Positions 10,458-19,771 are shown, counted from the stretch's first letter. The stretch is DNA of 64,000 nucleotides from Candidatus Sericytochromatia bacterium (GCA_036676985.1 JAKFBU010000056.1:199629-263628), one strand, 5' to 3'. The notes: generated by a model from the sequence alone, not told the origin. Numbers and translations are program-made.

Positions 10458-11039
10458 ATGGCCAAACGCGCATCCAGCAAGGGATTCACGCTCATCGAGG
10501 TCTCCCTCGCAATCGTCATCGGCGTCGTGGTGCTCGCCGGAGCGATCGCCATGTATAACCAGGTCCGCGAGAGCGCGGCGACCGGTAAGATGAAGGAAAA
10601 GGTCATGGCGGCCGCCATGATCATCGAGGAGATCACGGTCCAGACCGGCAGCTACCCGAACCCCACGGTGGTCGAGGATCAGAACCGGGTCATCGTCAAA
10701 TTCAAGACCGCTCGGCCGGACGATTGCCTCATGAGCCCCTGGGGTGGCCAGGTCGCGCCCGACGCTCGGCCCTCCAACGGCATCTTGCCTTACTGGATGC
10801 AGCCCGTCGCGATGACGGCCATCGGCGGGGAGACCCAGCTCGCGGCCGACGGGGCCCAGAACCTTTCCGGGGCCATCCAGTACTTCGCCTTGGGGACGGG
10901 CACGACCATGGTGCCAACCGCCACCGCTTCTTACTGGGACAAGACCAAGCGGAATTACGTCACCTACAAAGGCTACGTCATCTCGGGCGTCAACCAGAAC
11001 AACATGGACGGCTGGGGCGTCTACGGACCCAAGCCCTAA
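10458..11039 (+). CDS. Type IV pilin / pseudopilin-like protein
   Basis: AGGAG SD; class III prepilin signal MAKRASSKG|FTLIEVSLAIVIGVVVLAGAI. Confidence 0.9.
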   Translation: MAKRASSKGFTLIEVSLAIVIGVVVLAGAIAMYNQVRESAATGKMKEKVMAAAMIIEEITVQTGSYPNPTVVEDQNRVIVKFKTARPDDCLMSPWGGQVAPDARPSNGILPYWMQPVAMTAIGGETQLAADGAQNLSGAIQYFALGTGTTMVPTATASYWDKTKRNYVTYKGYVISGVNQNNMDGWGVYGPKP

Positions 11040-11821
11040 TGCGCGCACCCTGGGTATCGGCCCTTCTCACGACCCTGCTCGTCACCTTGGCGGGCTGTAA
11101 CGGTGCCGCCGAGGAGCCGCGCCGCACCGCCTCCGCCCTCGCCCCCCAGGCGGATGCCTGGGACTTGTCCGACTCGTTCGACGGCTTCCAGTCGACACTC
11201 TGGAGGCTGAGCGACGGCTACACCAATGGGCCCAGCTTCCATCTGGGCTGGCGCGCCGATCGAGCGCGCTTCGAAGACGGCCGCATGACGCTGCGCATCG
11301 ACGACGAGCCCTGCCCCACCGGCTGCTCCGGCAAGCCGTTCTCTGGAGCCGAGTTGCAGAGCGTGCGCTCCTTCGGATATGGCCGTCTCGAAGGCCGCAT
11401 GAAGGCCGCCAGGGGCGTCGGCATCGTGGCCTCCCTCTTCTTCTACGACCGTGAGAGCCAGGACGAGATCGACGTCGAGATCCTGGGCAAGGCCCCCGAC
11501 GTCCTCCAGACCAACTACTACGTCGGCGGCAAGGAAGGGCGGGCGGCCACCATGAGCCTCGGCTTCGACGCCTCGGAGGGGTTCCACACCTACGCCATCG
11601 ACTGGAGTCCCGAGGCCATCCGCTGGTACGTCGACGACCGGCTGGTCCGCATCGAGAACGGCACGCGCGAATCCTTGCCGAGCCACCCCTCGTCCATCAT
11701 GGCGAACTTCTGGCCCGGCAACGGTGGCGGGACCGAGGCCTGGCTCGGCGGCCCCTTCGAGTACCCCGGATCACCCGTTACAGCCCATTATGACTGGATC
11801 CGCTACCGAAAGGCCTCCTAG
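11039..11821 (+). CDS. GH16 glycoside hydrolase (beta-1,3(4)-glucanase/lichenase-like), lipoprotein
   Basis: TAATG overlap with the pilin stop; lipobox LAGC; catalytic DEIDVEILG; FDASEGFHTYAIDW. Confidence 0.92.
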   Translation: MRAPWVSALLTTLLVTLAGCNGAAEEPRRTASALAPQADAWDLSDSFDGFQSTLWRLSDGYTNGPSFHLGWRADRARFEDGRMTLRIDDEPCPTGCSGKPFSGAELQSVRSFGYGRLEGRMKAARGVGIVASLFFYDRESQDEIDVEILGKAPDVLQTNYYVGGKEGRAATMSLGFDASEGFHTYAIDWSPEAIRWYVDDRLVRIENGTRESLPSHPSSIMANFWPGNGGGTEAWLGGPFEYPGSPVTAHYDWIRYRKAS

Positions 11822-11929
11822 CGAGCCCCCGCACTTCACCGAGTCCGAACGAAGATTTAATCACCCACCAATCCTTTTAACGTCGGAGATGGAGGGCTCT
11901 GCGGAACAATGATCTGGTAGGAGTCCCGC

Positions 11930-13051
11930 ATGAGCAGCATCCAGGAACCCAACTCGACTTCCGCCGCCGTCCCCGCGCGGCGGACGCCCACCGAACCGAC
12001 CGTCGCCCCGGCGAAAGTCGAGCCGTCGGCACCTGCAGCCGCTCAGGACAGCCTGCAGGCCAACAATCGCCCCGACGCCCCCACTGCCCCCGGAGACCTG
12101 GTGGCCAAGATCAAGGCCATGCAAGAGCCGACGCCGCCAGCGGCTCCCCCTCCCACGGAGATCCGTTCCGTTCCGGTCTCGCAGCGTGTCCGGCGTCGCA
12201 TCGTGCCCGAGGGCATGCCCGATCGCCCGAGCGACTTCGTGGCCCCCATCCTCAACCTCGCCATCAGCTTTCTGAGCAACCCGCGCTTTGCCGTCAGGCG
12301 GATCCAGGGTGCCATCACCCGCAGCTTCCAGGTCATGCAGGGGGCGGGACACGTCCGCGAGGTCGTTCAGGACTTCAACCTGGCCCGGCAGCAGGGCAAG
12401 GGCCTCCATTTCGTGCGCGGGCAGTTCCGCTTCCTGAAGTGGCGCTCCACCGCCAAGGCCCGGCAGGCCATTCGGCTCGCCAAGGCCCACAAGGGCCGGA
12501 ACCTCCTGCGCCTCCTCTCGCGGCGCAATGCGGCCGACATCGCCCGCAACAAGGGCGTCATCGGCTTCTTCCGAGATGCCCGGGCGGCGGGCGCCGGCCC
12601 ACTGCGCTCGCTGTGGCGCGGCTTCACGCGGACGGTCGAGACGGGCGGGCAGATGCCTTCGGTCGCCAAGCAGGCGGCAGAGATGGGCGGTCGCTGGGGC
12701 AAGGCGCTCACCTGGACGGGCCGGATCGGGCGCATCGCGCCCCTGCTCAACGTGCCGCTCGCCATCTTCGACGTCCGGGAGGCCTGGAAAGCCTTGCGCC
12801 ACCCGGACGCCACCGTCCAGGACAAGGTCTCGAAGACGGGCCAGGCTGCCCTCACCTCGGCGGCGGCGGGTCTTGCCGTCGCGGGCTTCGTCACGCCCCC
12901 GCCCCTCAACGCGGCCCTGCTCACGGCGGCGGGCGTCGCGGGCATCGGCTCGACCCTCTGGGGCATCGCGACCAGCGAGATCGCGCATGACGCCTTGAAG
13001 AAGGTGGGCGGGTTCTTCGGGGGCCTGGGACGCCGCCTGGGGCTCGGCTAG
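11930..13051 (+). CDS. Hypothetical protein: disordered Pro/Ala N-terminus, basic core, hydrophobic C-terminal hairpin
   Basis: AGGAG SD, codon usage like neighbours, no recognisable catalytic motif. Confidence 0.7.
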   Translation: MSSIQEPNSTSAAVPARRTPTEPTVAPAKVEPSAPAAAQDSLQANNRPDAPTAPGDLVAKIKAMQEPTPPAAPPPTEIRSVPVSQRVRRRIVPEGMPDRPSDFVAPILNLAISFLSNPRFAVRRIQGAITRSFQVMQGAGHVREVVQDFNLARQQGKGLHFVRGQFRFLKWRSTAKARQAIRLAKAHKGRNLLRLLSRRNAADIARNKGVIGFFRDARAAGAGPLRSLWRGFTRTVETGGQMPSVAKQAAEMGGRWGKALTWTGRIGRIAPLLNVPLAIFDVREAWKALRHPDATVQDKVSKTGQAALTSAAAGLAVAGFVTPPPLNAALLTAAGVAGIGSTLWGIATSEIAHDALKKVGGFFGGLGRRLGLG

Positions 13052-13083
13052 TCGTTCGTCTGGTCAATTACCGCGTGTAGGCA

Positions 13084-13114
13084 CTCCCGTCACCCTCGCG
13101 CAAGCGGGGGTCCA
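13084..13114. repeat. REP-like palindromic repeat (family A, single copy)
   Basis: CTCCCGTCACCCTCGCGCAAGCGGGGGTCCA is 30/31 identical to the reverse complement of 26788-26818. Confidence 0.8.
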
Positions 13115-13145
13115 CTGCCGGGTCCTCCGAAGAATAGAGAACGAA

Positions 13146-13180
13146 AAGCGCCCAGCGGTCGTTCAGACCACTGGGCGCTT
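13146..13180 (-). terminator. Intrinsic terminator after kamE
   Basis: AAGCGCCCAGCGGTC-gttca-GACCACTGGGCGCTT with an A-run on the left (U-tail on the minus strand). Confidence 0.75.
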
Positions 13181-13196
13181 CGAAGATTTGCGGGCC

Positions 13197-13973
13197 CTAG
13201 AGCACCGCGTCGCGGCGGCGCATGAGCTCCTGCACCACGAAGGCCGCCACGTCCTCGGCGTACGAGCCGACGCCGAAGCCGGCGTCGAAGCCGAGCTCCG
13301 TGGCCAGGTCGTGCGTGATGCGCGGACCGCCCACCGAGACCACGAAGCGGTTGCGCACCCCTTCGGCCTCGAGGATCTCGACCAGGTTCGTGAGGGTCAT
13401 GATATGGAGGTTCTTCTGCGTGACCACCTGGCTGACCAGGATGGCGTCGGCGTTCAGCTCGATGGCCTTGGCCACCAGGACCTCGTTGGGGACCTGGGCA
13501 CCCATGTTGAGGGCGTTGATCATCTTGTAGCGCTCGAGGCCGTAGTGGCCGTTGTAGCCCTTCATGTTCATGATCGCGTCGATGCCCACCGTATGGGCGT
13601 CGGTGCCGGTGCAGGCCCCGATGATCGTGAGCTTGCGGCCGAACTCCTTGTCGATAAGGGCGTCGATGGCTTCCATGTCCATCGCCTCGTAGTCGCTCTT
13701 GGGCACGTGGATGGTCGTGAAGTCGACGCCGCGCACCACCGAGGCGTACATGATGAAGAAGCTCATGGTCGAGCCCACCGCCTCCATCGACACCACCGAG
13801 GGGTCCTGCATGCCCATCTGGAGCACCATGCGCTTGGCGGCCTCGTGGGCCTCGGGACCCGCCGGCACCGGCAGGGTGAAGCTCAGCTGGATCTTGCCGT
13901 CGTCGAGCGTGTCGCCGTAGGGCTTGAGGTTCTTGAGGTTGGGTTCCTTGGGATAGGTAGTGGTCGTCATCAT
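13197..13973 (-). CDS. kamE: Lysine 5,6-aminomutase beta subunit (B12-binding)
   Basis: KPYGDTLDDGKIQLSFTLP dimerisation domain; DAHTVG B12 motif followed by MNMKG (PLP lysine). Exact start uncertain (13979/13973/13970). Confidence 0.95.
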   Translation of the reverse strand: MMTTTTYPKEPNLKNLKPYGDTLDDGKIQLSFTLPVPAGPEAHEAAKRMVLQMGMQDPSVVSMEAVGSTMSFFIMYASVVRGVDFTTIHVPKSDYEAMDMEAIDALIDKEFGRKLTIIGACTGTDAHTVGIDAIMNMKGYNGHYGLERYKMINALNMGAQVPNEVLVAKAIELNADAILVSQVVTQKNLHIMTLTNLVEILEAEGVRNRFVVSVGGPRITHDLATELGFDAGFGVGSYAEDVAAFVVQELMRRRDAVL

Positions 13974-13980
13974 TGTCACC

Positions 13981-15546
13981 TTAGACCTTCGCCATGCTCA
14001 CGCCGTTGAGGGCTTCGAGGCGCGTCATGAAGGGGTTGAAGTAGTTGCCGGCGCGCTCGAACACGCCCGAGAGGCCCTTGCCGCCGTCCGGAGCCCGCTT
14101 GACGTCGGCGAACTCGCCCTTGCCGATGGCCGGGACGAGGCCTTCCTTGGCCACCTTCTCGAGCAGCTCCACCGACTGGTCGAGCACGAGCCGGGCGCGG
14201 GTCGCGACCATGCCGTCTTCCTTCCAGTCCAGGTCCGCGCCCATGTTGCGGGCGTAGTTGAAGACGTAGTCCGCGTTCTTGAGCGCCAGGTGGCGGTCCG
14301 AGGCGAAGGGCGTGTGGATGGCCTCGGTCATGATGCCCAAGAGGTGGATCTCCTGGTTCGTCAGGACCGAGACCAGGTTGAAGAGGGCGTTGTGGGCGTA
14401 GGCCTGGAAGATGTCGCCCGTGATGTGCTTGGTGGGCGGCATGTACTTGAGCGGGGCCTCGGGGAAGACCTGCCGCACCAGCTGGGCCATGGCGATCTCG
14501 TAGGAGAGGCCGTCCGGCGTGCGGGGGTTCATCTCGAAGGCGTGGCCGAGGCCCATGAGATTCGGGGTCATGCCGGCCGCCAGCGCGAACCGCTCGTTGA
14601 TGAACTGGCTCGCGAGCACCGTGTGGCCCTGCTCGAAGGCGTCGGCGGTCGTGAGGTAGTTGTCCTCGCCGGTGTTGATGATGATGCGGCTCGCCGCGTT
14701 GACCAGGCGCGAGAAGTACTGGTCGCAGAGCGTGCGGAAGATGTTGATGTCCCTGAAGAGGATGCCGTACATGGCGTCGTTGAGGAGCATGTCGAGGCCG
14801 TGCTGGGCGGCGAGCACCGAGATCTCCGGCATGCAGAGACCCGAGGCGTAGTTCGTCAGCATGATGTAGCGGCCCTGCTCCTCGCCGACCTCGTCGAGGG
14901 CCTCGCGCATCAGCTTGAAGTTGGCGCCCGTGGCGTAGGTGCCGCCCGTACCCTCGGTGGTCGTGCCGTAGGGCACGAAGTCGATGAGCGACTGGCCCGT
15001 CGAGCGGATGACGGCAATGATGTCCGCGCCCGCGCGGGCGGCGGCGACCGCCTGGGGCACGTCCTCGAAGATGTTGCCCGTCGCGACGATCAGGTACTTC
15101 CAGGGCTTGGGGCCCATGCCGAGGCGGCCGCGGCGGTTGAGCTCGCGATCGCGCCGCTGAGCGAGCAGCTCGTCCAGGATCACCTTGGCGCGGGAGTCCG
15201 TCCACTCCTCGACTTCTTGAGGAGCGATGGGGGCCGTGAAGTCGACCTCGCCCTTGGCGATCGCCTCGGCCGCAGCCTGGGGAGCCAGGCCCGTCTGCAG
15301 GCAGGCGAAGCCGAGCCAGTAGCAGGCGCCACGCTCCAGGAGGCCGCGCTCGCGCAGGGCGTCGACCGCGCGGTTGGGCCAGGGCACCTCGTCCGCGTCG
15401 ACGCCGTCCACGCCGAACAGGCGCAGGGCGGCTCGCTCCGTGCTCACCGTCGAGTGGGTGGCGAAGTAGTCGAGCATCGGCTTGACGATGGACTGGGCGA
15501 GGTCGCGCGCGTAGGCGACTTTCTGCGTGTCGATGGAGATGTGCAC
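13981..15546 (-). CDS. kamD: Lysine 5,6-aminomutase alpha subunit
   Basis: YLIVATGNI, IAVIRSTGQSL, NYASGLCMPEI, NTGEDNYLTT and KYMPPTKH motifs. Confidence 0.95.
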   Translation of the reverse strand: MHISIDTQKVAYARDLAQSIVKPMLDYFATHSTVSTERAALRLFGVDGVDADEVPWPNRAVDALRERGLLERGACYWLGFACLQTGLAPQAAAEAIAKGEVDFTAPIAPQEVEEWTDSRAKVILDELLAQRRDRELNRRGRLGMGPKPWKYLIVATGNIFEDVPQAVAAARAGADIIAVIRSTGQSLIDFVPYGTTTEGTGGTYATGANFKLMREALDEVGEEQGRYIMLTNYASGLCMPEISVLAAQHGLDMLLNDAMYGILFRDINIFRTLCDQYFSRLVNAASRIIINTGEDNYLTTADAFEQGHTVLASQFINERFALAAGMTPNLMGLGHAFEMNPRTPDGLSYEIAMAQLVRQVFPEAPLKYMPPTKHITGDIFQAYAHNALFNLVSVLTNQEIHLLGIMTEAIHTPFASDRHLALKNADYVFNYARNMGADLDWKEDGMVATRARLVLDQSVELLEKVAKEGLVPAIGKGEFADVKRAPDGGKGLSGVFERAGNYFNPFMTRLEALNGVSMAKV

Positions 15547-15558
15547 CGGTGGACCCCC

Positions 15559-16569
15559 TTAGGTGGATAAACGACCTTGGTTATGCACCACGTCGAGAAC
15601 GGGTATCGGATTCAGGCGCTCGCGCATCATGGCGAGGAACGAGTCGGGTTCGACCGCGGCCCCGAAGGGGCTGGTCGGGTTGACGGTAACGGCGACCAGC
15701 CGGATGGGCCGGGCGGCGTGGAAGCGCACGCCCCGCCCGAGGAGGCGGTCGAACGTCTCGGGCTGCACCAGCAGGTGGGTCCCGTCGGGGACCACCACGT
15801 CCAGCTCCTTTTGCTCCCGCTTGAGGAGCTGCTTGGCCACGCCCTCGGTCAAGGCGCCCTGCAGCACCAGGCACCGGGCGTCCTCGGGCATCCAGCGGAC
15901 GAGCTCGTCACCCTGCTCGAGGACCGTCGAGCCCTGCCAGGGCAGGAAGTCGCCCGCGAGCGTGAGCACGCCCGTCTCTTCCGGCAGGCCCGCGTAAGGC
16001 GCGGCCTCCAGGCTGAGGAAGCGGGTCTGCGCGACCGTGTGGGCCACCACCTCGGCGGGATCGTCACTCAAGGAGAGCCCCGTGGCGAGCACGACCCCGT
16101 CCGCGACGGCACCGGAAGCGGACGCCCGGCGATCTATGGCGCCGTCCACGAAGACCTGACGCGCGCCGTGCTGGCGCAGGATCCGGACGAGGGCGACCGT
16201 GTCCTGGACCGTCACCGGACCCGCCACCTCAACCTGCCCCGGCCCGAGCACTTCGTAAATGCCTACTGGGCCGATGGCGGTCCGGAAGGGGGTCTTGGCG
16301 ACCTCGCGCAGGCGGGCCTGCGAGCGCTTGGCCGAGGTCGCGGCGGTCGCCACGAGCGTGCCCGGCGGCGGGGTGATGCGCGGCTTGGGGCGGTCGGTGA
16401 CGACGTCGATGTCCTCGCCGTCGCGCCCGACCGACGTCAGGCCCATGCGGACGCCCTGCGCCTCGTAGCGGTCGATGAGGTGGTTGAGGCACGTCGTCTT
16501 GCCGACGTTCTTGGCCGTACCCACGATGGACAGCGTCGCATGGGGGCGGCAGAGATCGAACAGGGTCAT
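15559..16569 (-). CDS. kamB: Lysine 5,6-aminomutase reactivase subunit KamB-like P-loop protein
   Basis: SIVGTAKNVGKTT, LTSVGRDGE, KPRI, DGAIDR, VTVNPTSP; directly upstream of kamDE. Confidence 0.78.
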   Translation of the reverse strand: MTLFDLCRPHATLSIVGTAKNVGKTTCLNHLIDRYEAQGVRMGLTSVGRDGEDIDVVTDRPKPRITPPPGTLVATAATSAKRSQARLREVAKTPFRTAIGPVGIYEVLGPGQVEVAGPVTVQDTVALVRILRQHGARQVFVDGAIDRRASASGAVADGVVLATGLSLSDDPAEVVAHTVAQTRFLSLEAAPYAGLPEETGVLTLAGDFLPWQGSTVLEQGDELVRWMPEDARCLVLQGALTEGVAKQLLKREQKELDVVVPDGTHLLVQPETFDRLLGRGVRFHAARPIRLVAVTVNPTSPFGAAVEPDSFLAMMRERLNPIPVLDVVHNQGRLST

Positions 16570-16752
16570 GGGTCCCACTTCCTAACGGATGAGTCCATGG
16601 ATCGTATCATGGCGCGGCGGGTTCTGCAGGGGCTCTTAACGGCTGTTTACGGGGAGCGACAGCTTGCGGCGAGCGTCAATTCGGGATAAACTGGATGATC
16701 CAAACGGCCGTCTGCGATGCGCGGGCCGTGACACCCACGATTGGAACCGACG

Positions 16753-16830
16753 ATGGACTACACCGAAGCCTCGCGGCTTTCGTTCGACCCGGCCTTCGGG
16801 CACGGCGACACTCCCCACTACGGCCTCTGA
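16753..16830 (+). CDS. Possible 25-aa leader/small ORF upstream of kamA
   Basis: ATG..TGA encoding MDYTEASRLSFDPAFGHGDTPHYGL with mostly G/C third positions; weak SD. Confidence 0.3.
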   Translation: MDYTEASRLSFDPAFGHGDTPHYGL

Positions 16831-16886
16831 TTGACGGCGCGGATCCTTCCGTTCGCCCGTCCCTAGCCGTTTACAAGGAGATTGCC

Positions 16887-18275
16887 ATGCAGGCCACCGA
16901 TCCGTCCGTCGCCCCCTACACCGAAGAGACCATCCAGCACCTCAAGCCGCCCGCGCCCCCCTCGGCCTTCGAGCACAAGAACCTGGTACAGGGCGAGTTC
17001 TGGCGCCGCATCCCGGCCTACAAGGACGTGGACGAGGAGACCTTCCTCAACCACATCTGGCAGGGCAAGAACTCGATCACGACCCCGGACAAGCTGCTCG
17101 AGACCATCCAGGAGCTCGCCCCCGCGCAGTTCATCGAGGACGCGCGCCTCGGCTTCGCCAAGGCCCCCATGGCCGTGCGCGTCTCGCCCTACATGATCGC
17201 CAACATCGACTGGAACGATCCGTACAACGATCCGATCCGGACCCAGTTCCTGCCCGTGGCGACGCGCATGCTGCCCGACCACCCCATGCTCACGCTCGAC
17301 TCGCTGCATGAGCAGGAGGATGCCCCCACCCCGGGCCTGACGCACCGCTATCACGACAAGGCGCTGTTCCTGCCCCTGGACATCTGCCCGGTCTACTGCC
17401 GCTTCTGCACCCGCTCCTACGCCGTCGGCCTCGACACCGAGACCGTCGAGAAGGTCCAGCTCTCGCCCTCGCCCAGCCGCTGGGCCAAGGCCTTCAAGTA
17501 CATCTCGGAGCGCCCCGAGCTCGAGGACATCGTGATCTCGGGCGGCGACACCTACCAGCTCGCCGCCAAGAACCTGCGCCTCATCGGTGAGACCCTGCTC
17601 AAGATGGACAACATCCGGCGCATCCGCTTCGCCACCAAGGGCCCGGCGGTCATGCCCATGAAGATCCTGAGCGACAACGACTGGTTCAACGCGATCGCCG
17701 ACGTCGCCGACATGGGCCGTAAGATGGGCAAGGAGGTCGTCCTCCACACCCACTTCAACAACCCCAACGAGATCACCTGGATCACCGAGAAGGCCATGCG
17801 CCGGTTCTTCGAGCGCGGCGTCTACGTCCGCAACCAGTCGGTGCTCCAGCGCGGCGTCAACGACCGCAAGGAGACCATGCAGCTCCTGGTCAAGCGCCTC
17901 GGCCACGTGAACGTGCACCCCTACTACGTCTACCAGCACGACATGGTCAAGGGAACCGAGGACCTGCGCACGACGCTCCAGACCGCCCTCGACATCGAGA
18001 AGTGGGTGCGCGGCACCACGGCCGGCTTCAACACGCCGACCTTCGTCTGCGACGCGCCCGGCGGCGGCGGCAAGCGTGACGCCCACTCCTTCGAGTACTA
18101 CGATCGCGAGAACGGCATCGCCGTCTACACCGCCCCCAGCGTCAAGCAGGACCAGTCCTTCCTGTACTTCGATCCCGTCGATCAGCTGGGTCCCGAGGCG
18201 CAGGCTCGCTGGGCGAACCCGGCGGAGCGCGAGGCGATGATCGCCGAGGCCAAGCGCAAGGCCGGCGTTCGCTAG
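16887..18275 (+). CDS. kamA: Lysine 2,3-aminomutase (KamA family radical SAM/PLP enzyme)
   Basis: AAGGAG SD; CPVYCRFCTR radical SAM motif, ISGGD, NQSVLQRGVND, PYYVYQHD, DAPGGGGK (PLP Lys); kamDE/kdd/kce context. Confidence 0.9.
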   Translation: MQATDPSVAPYTEETIQHLKPPAPPSAFEHKNLVQGEFWRRIPAYKDVDEETFLNHIWQGKNSITTPDKLLETIQELAPAQFIEDARLGFAKAPMAVRVSPYMIANIDWNDPYNDPIRTQFLPVATRMLPDHPMLTLDSLHEQEDAPTPGLTHRYHDKALFLPLDICPVYCRFCTRSYAVGLDTETVEKVQLSPSPSRWAKAFKYISERPELEDIVISGGDTYQLAAKNLRLIGETLLKMDNIRRIRFATKGPAVMPMKILSDNDWFNAIADVADMGRKMGKEVVLHTHFNNPNEITWITEKAMRRFFERGVYVRNQSVLQRGVNDRKETMQLLVKRLGHVNVHPYYVYQHDMVKGTEDLRTTLQTALDIEKWVRGTTAGFNTPTFVCDAPGGGGKRDAHSFEYYDRENGIAVYTAPSVKQDQSFLYFDPVDQLGPEAQARWANPAEREAMIAEAKRKAGVR

Positions 18276-18285
18276 GACATGACGA

Positions 18286-18311
18286 CGGGGCCCGCCTTTC
18301 GGCGGGCCCCG
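18286..18311. terminator. Bidirectional terminator
   Basis: CGGGGCCCGCC-tttc-GGCGGGCCCCG between convergent genes. Confidence 0.8.
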
Positions 18312-18324
18312 AGTCGTTTCTCCC

Positions 18325-18612
18325 TTACCAGATGATGTTGACGGGCGGTTTGGCCTGAGGAGCCTTGGTCTGGACGCGCTTGCCCTGCAGCGCCGCCATG
18401 ATTCGCGCCTGATCGAAGCCGACAATGGGCTCGCCGTCGATCATGGTGACCGGCGTCCCCCGGAAGCCGCGGCTCAGGAACTCCTGCCGCGCCTGGGGAT
18501 CGCGCGTCACGTCCTTGACCGTGTAGCTCACCCCCATGCGGGTCAAGAGGTCCTTGACCATGCGGCATGGCGGGCATCCTTCCATCGAGTAGACGATGAC
18601 CTCGTTCGCCAT
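18325..18612 (-). CDS. Glutaredoxin / NrdH-like redoxin
   Basis: VIVYS..GCPPC, GTPV, IVGFD; GGAGG SD. Confidence 0.88.
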   Translation of the reverse strand: MANEVIVYSMEGCPPCRMVKDLLTRMGVSYTVKDVTRDPQARQEFLSRGFRGTPVTMIDGEPIVGFDQARIMAALQGKRVQTKAPQAKPPVNIIW

Positions 18613-18686
18613 TGGGACACCTCCGCGTGAAAAAACCCTCCACCGGCTAGATCCTAGCTCCAGTGAAGGGTTGCGGCATCGGGTGC

Positions 18687-19613
18687 CTAGCCGTTGGGGC
18701 GCATCCGGCGGAACTCGAAGGCCGGCTGGCCGCTACGAGCGGGGGGCTGCTGTCCCTCGAGCACGATCCCGGGCTGGGCCGCGGGCGGGGTGGGACGCTG
18801 ACCCGCGGGAGGCACGGGGCGCTGCGCCGTCGGCGGGGTCGGGCGCCAGACCTGGGGCGCGCCCAGCACGGGCGAGGTCGCCGGAGGCGTCGGGCGCTGG
18901 GGGGTGACCGGCGGCAGGTCCTTGGGACCGCCCTCGGTGGGGTCGTAGGGGTGCTGCGCGTCGAGCTGGTTGGCCTCGCCGGTGACAGTGGCGATGGTCT
19001 CCATGCGGGCGTGGTTGGTGAGGGCCGCCGAGCCGCCGCGGATGGCGCCCGCAAGGGCGATGAGGACGACGGAGGTCAAGGCGACGCCGAGGGCGCCCAG
19101 GGTGATGGGCTGCGCCATGGTGGCGAGCACGGCGCCGAAGCCCTTGGTGATGAGGCCGAGCGGCTTGGCGAAGGCGAGCAGGGTCGCGCCGCCCGCGAGG
19201 GTGAGGGCGCCGGCGCCGACGATGTTGCCGAGGGTGGTCTTCGCGAGCTGGCTGATGGTCGCGAACGCATCCCCGAGGCTGGCCTTGGCGCCCTCGACGA
19301 CGCCCTCGACAAAGCTCGTGCGCTCGTTCTCGAAGGCGACGAGCTTGGCGCGCTTGCCGTTGACCTCGATGGTCGGCTCCTTGGCGGTGCCGCGGAAGCC
19401 GAAGTCGAGCCGATCGCCGTAGACGATGATGCGCTGGGTCTTGCCCTGCTCGTCCTTGACGTTGATGTAGTACTCGTCGAGCCCATTCTCCTTGGTCGTG
19501 CCCACGGCCGTGTGCACCGGCATGTCCTTGCGGACGTGGGCGATGCCCTGGTAGTTGACAGCCTTGCCGTTGATGCGGATGACGTCGTTGCCGTGACCCG
19601 AGATGACTGGCAT
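18687..19613 (-). CDS. Hypothetical membrane protein with Pro-rich C-terminus
   Basis: AAGGAG SD before MPVISGHG; two to three hydrophobic Gly/Ala helices; strong codon bias. Confidence 0.75.
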   Translation of the reverse strand: MPVISGHGNDVIRINGKAVNYQGIAHVRKDMPVHTAVGTTKENGLDEYYINVKDEQGKTQRIIVYGDRLDFGFRGTAKEPTIEVNGKRAKLVAFENERTSFVEGVVEGAKASLGDAFATISQLAKTTLGNIVGAGALTLAGGATLLAFAKPLGLITKGFGAVLATMAQPITLGALGVALTSVVLIALAGAIRGGSAALTNHARMETIATVTGEANQLDAQHPYDPTEGGPKDLPPVTPQRPTPPATSPVLGAPQVWRPTPPTAQRPVPPAGQRPTPPAAQPGIVLEGQQPPARSGQPAFEFRRMRPNG

Positions 19614-19771
19614 GAGGTGGTCTCTCCTTGAAGGGTGGGGCTCCATTTAAGAGCTTATTACTCTTACCTTTATATAGTCTTAACCTTCGCGAAAGTTGCG
19701 TGATCGAGGGGAGAAATCTGAACTTATTCTCCGGGAGGCTTGTGATGTCACGGTTTTGCGGACCTCAGTTG

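Noticed and set aside
16570-16886. Cobalamin or lysine riboswitch near kamA/kamB (also checked upstream of meaB, icmF and 44633)
   Set aside because: No B12-box or L-box core recognised by eye.
16887-18275. kamA as EF-P modification enzyme EpmB or a RiPP maturase
   Set aside because: No efp/epmA nearby, no SPASM or RRE domain, and the kamDE/kdd/kce context supports lysine catabolism.
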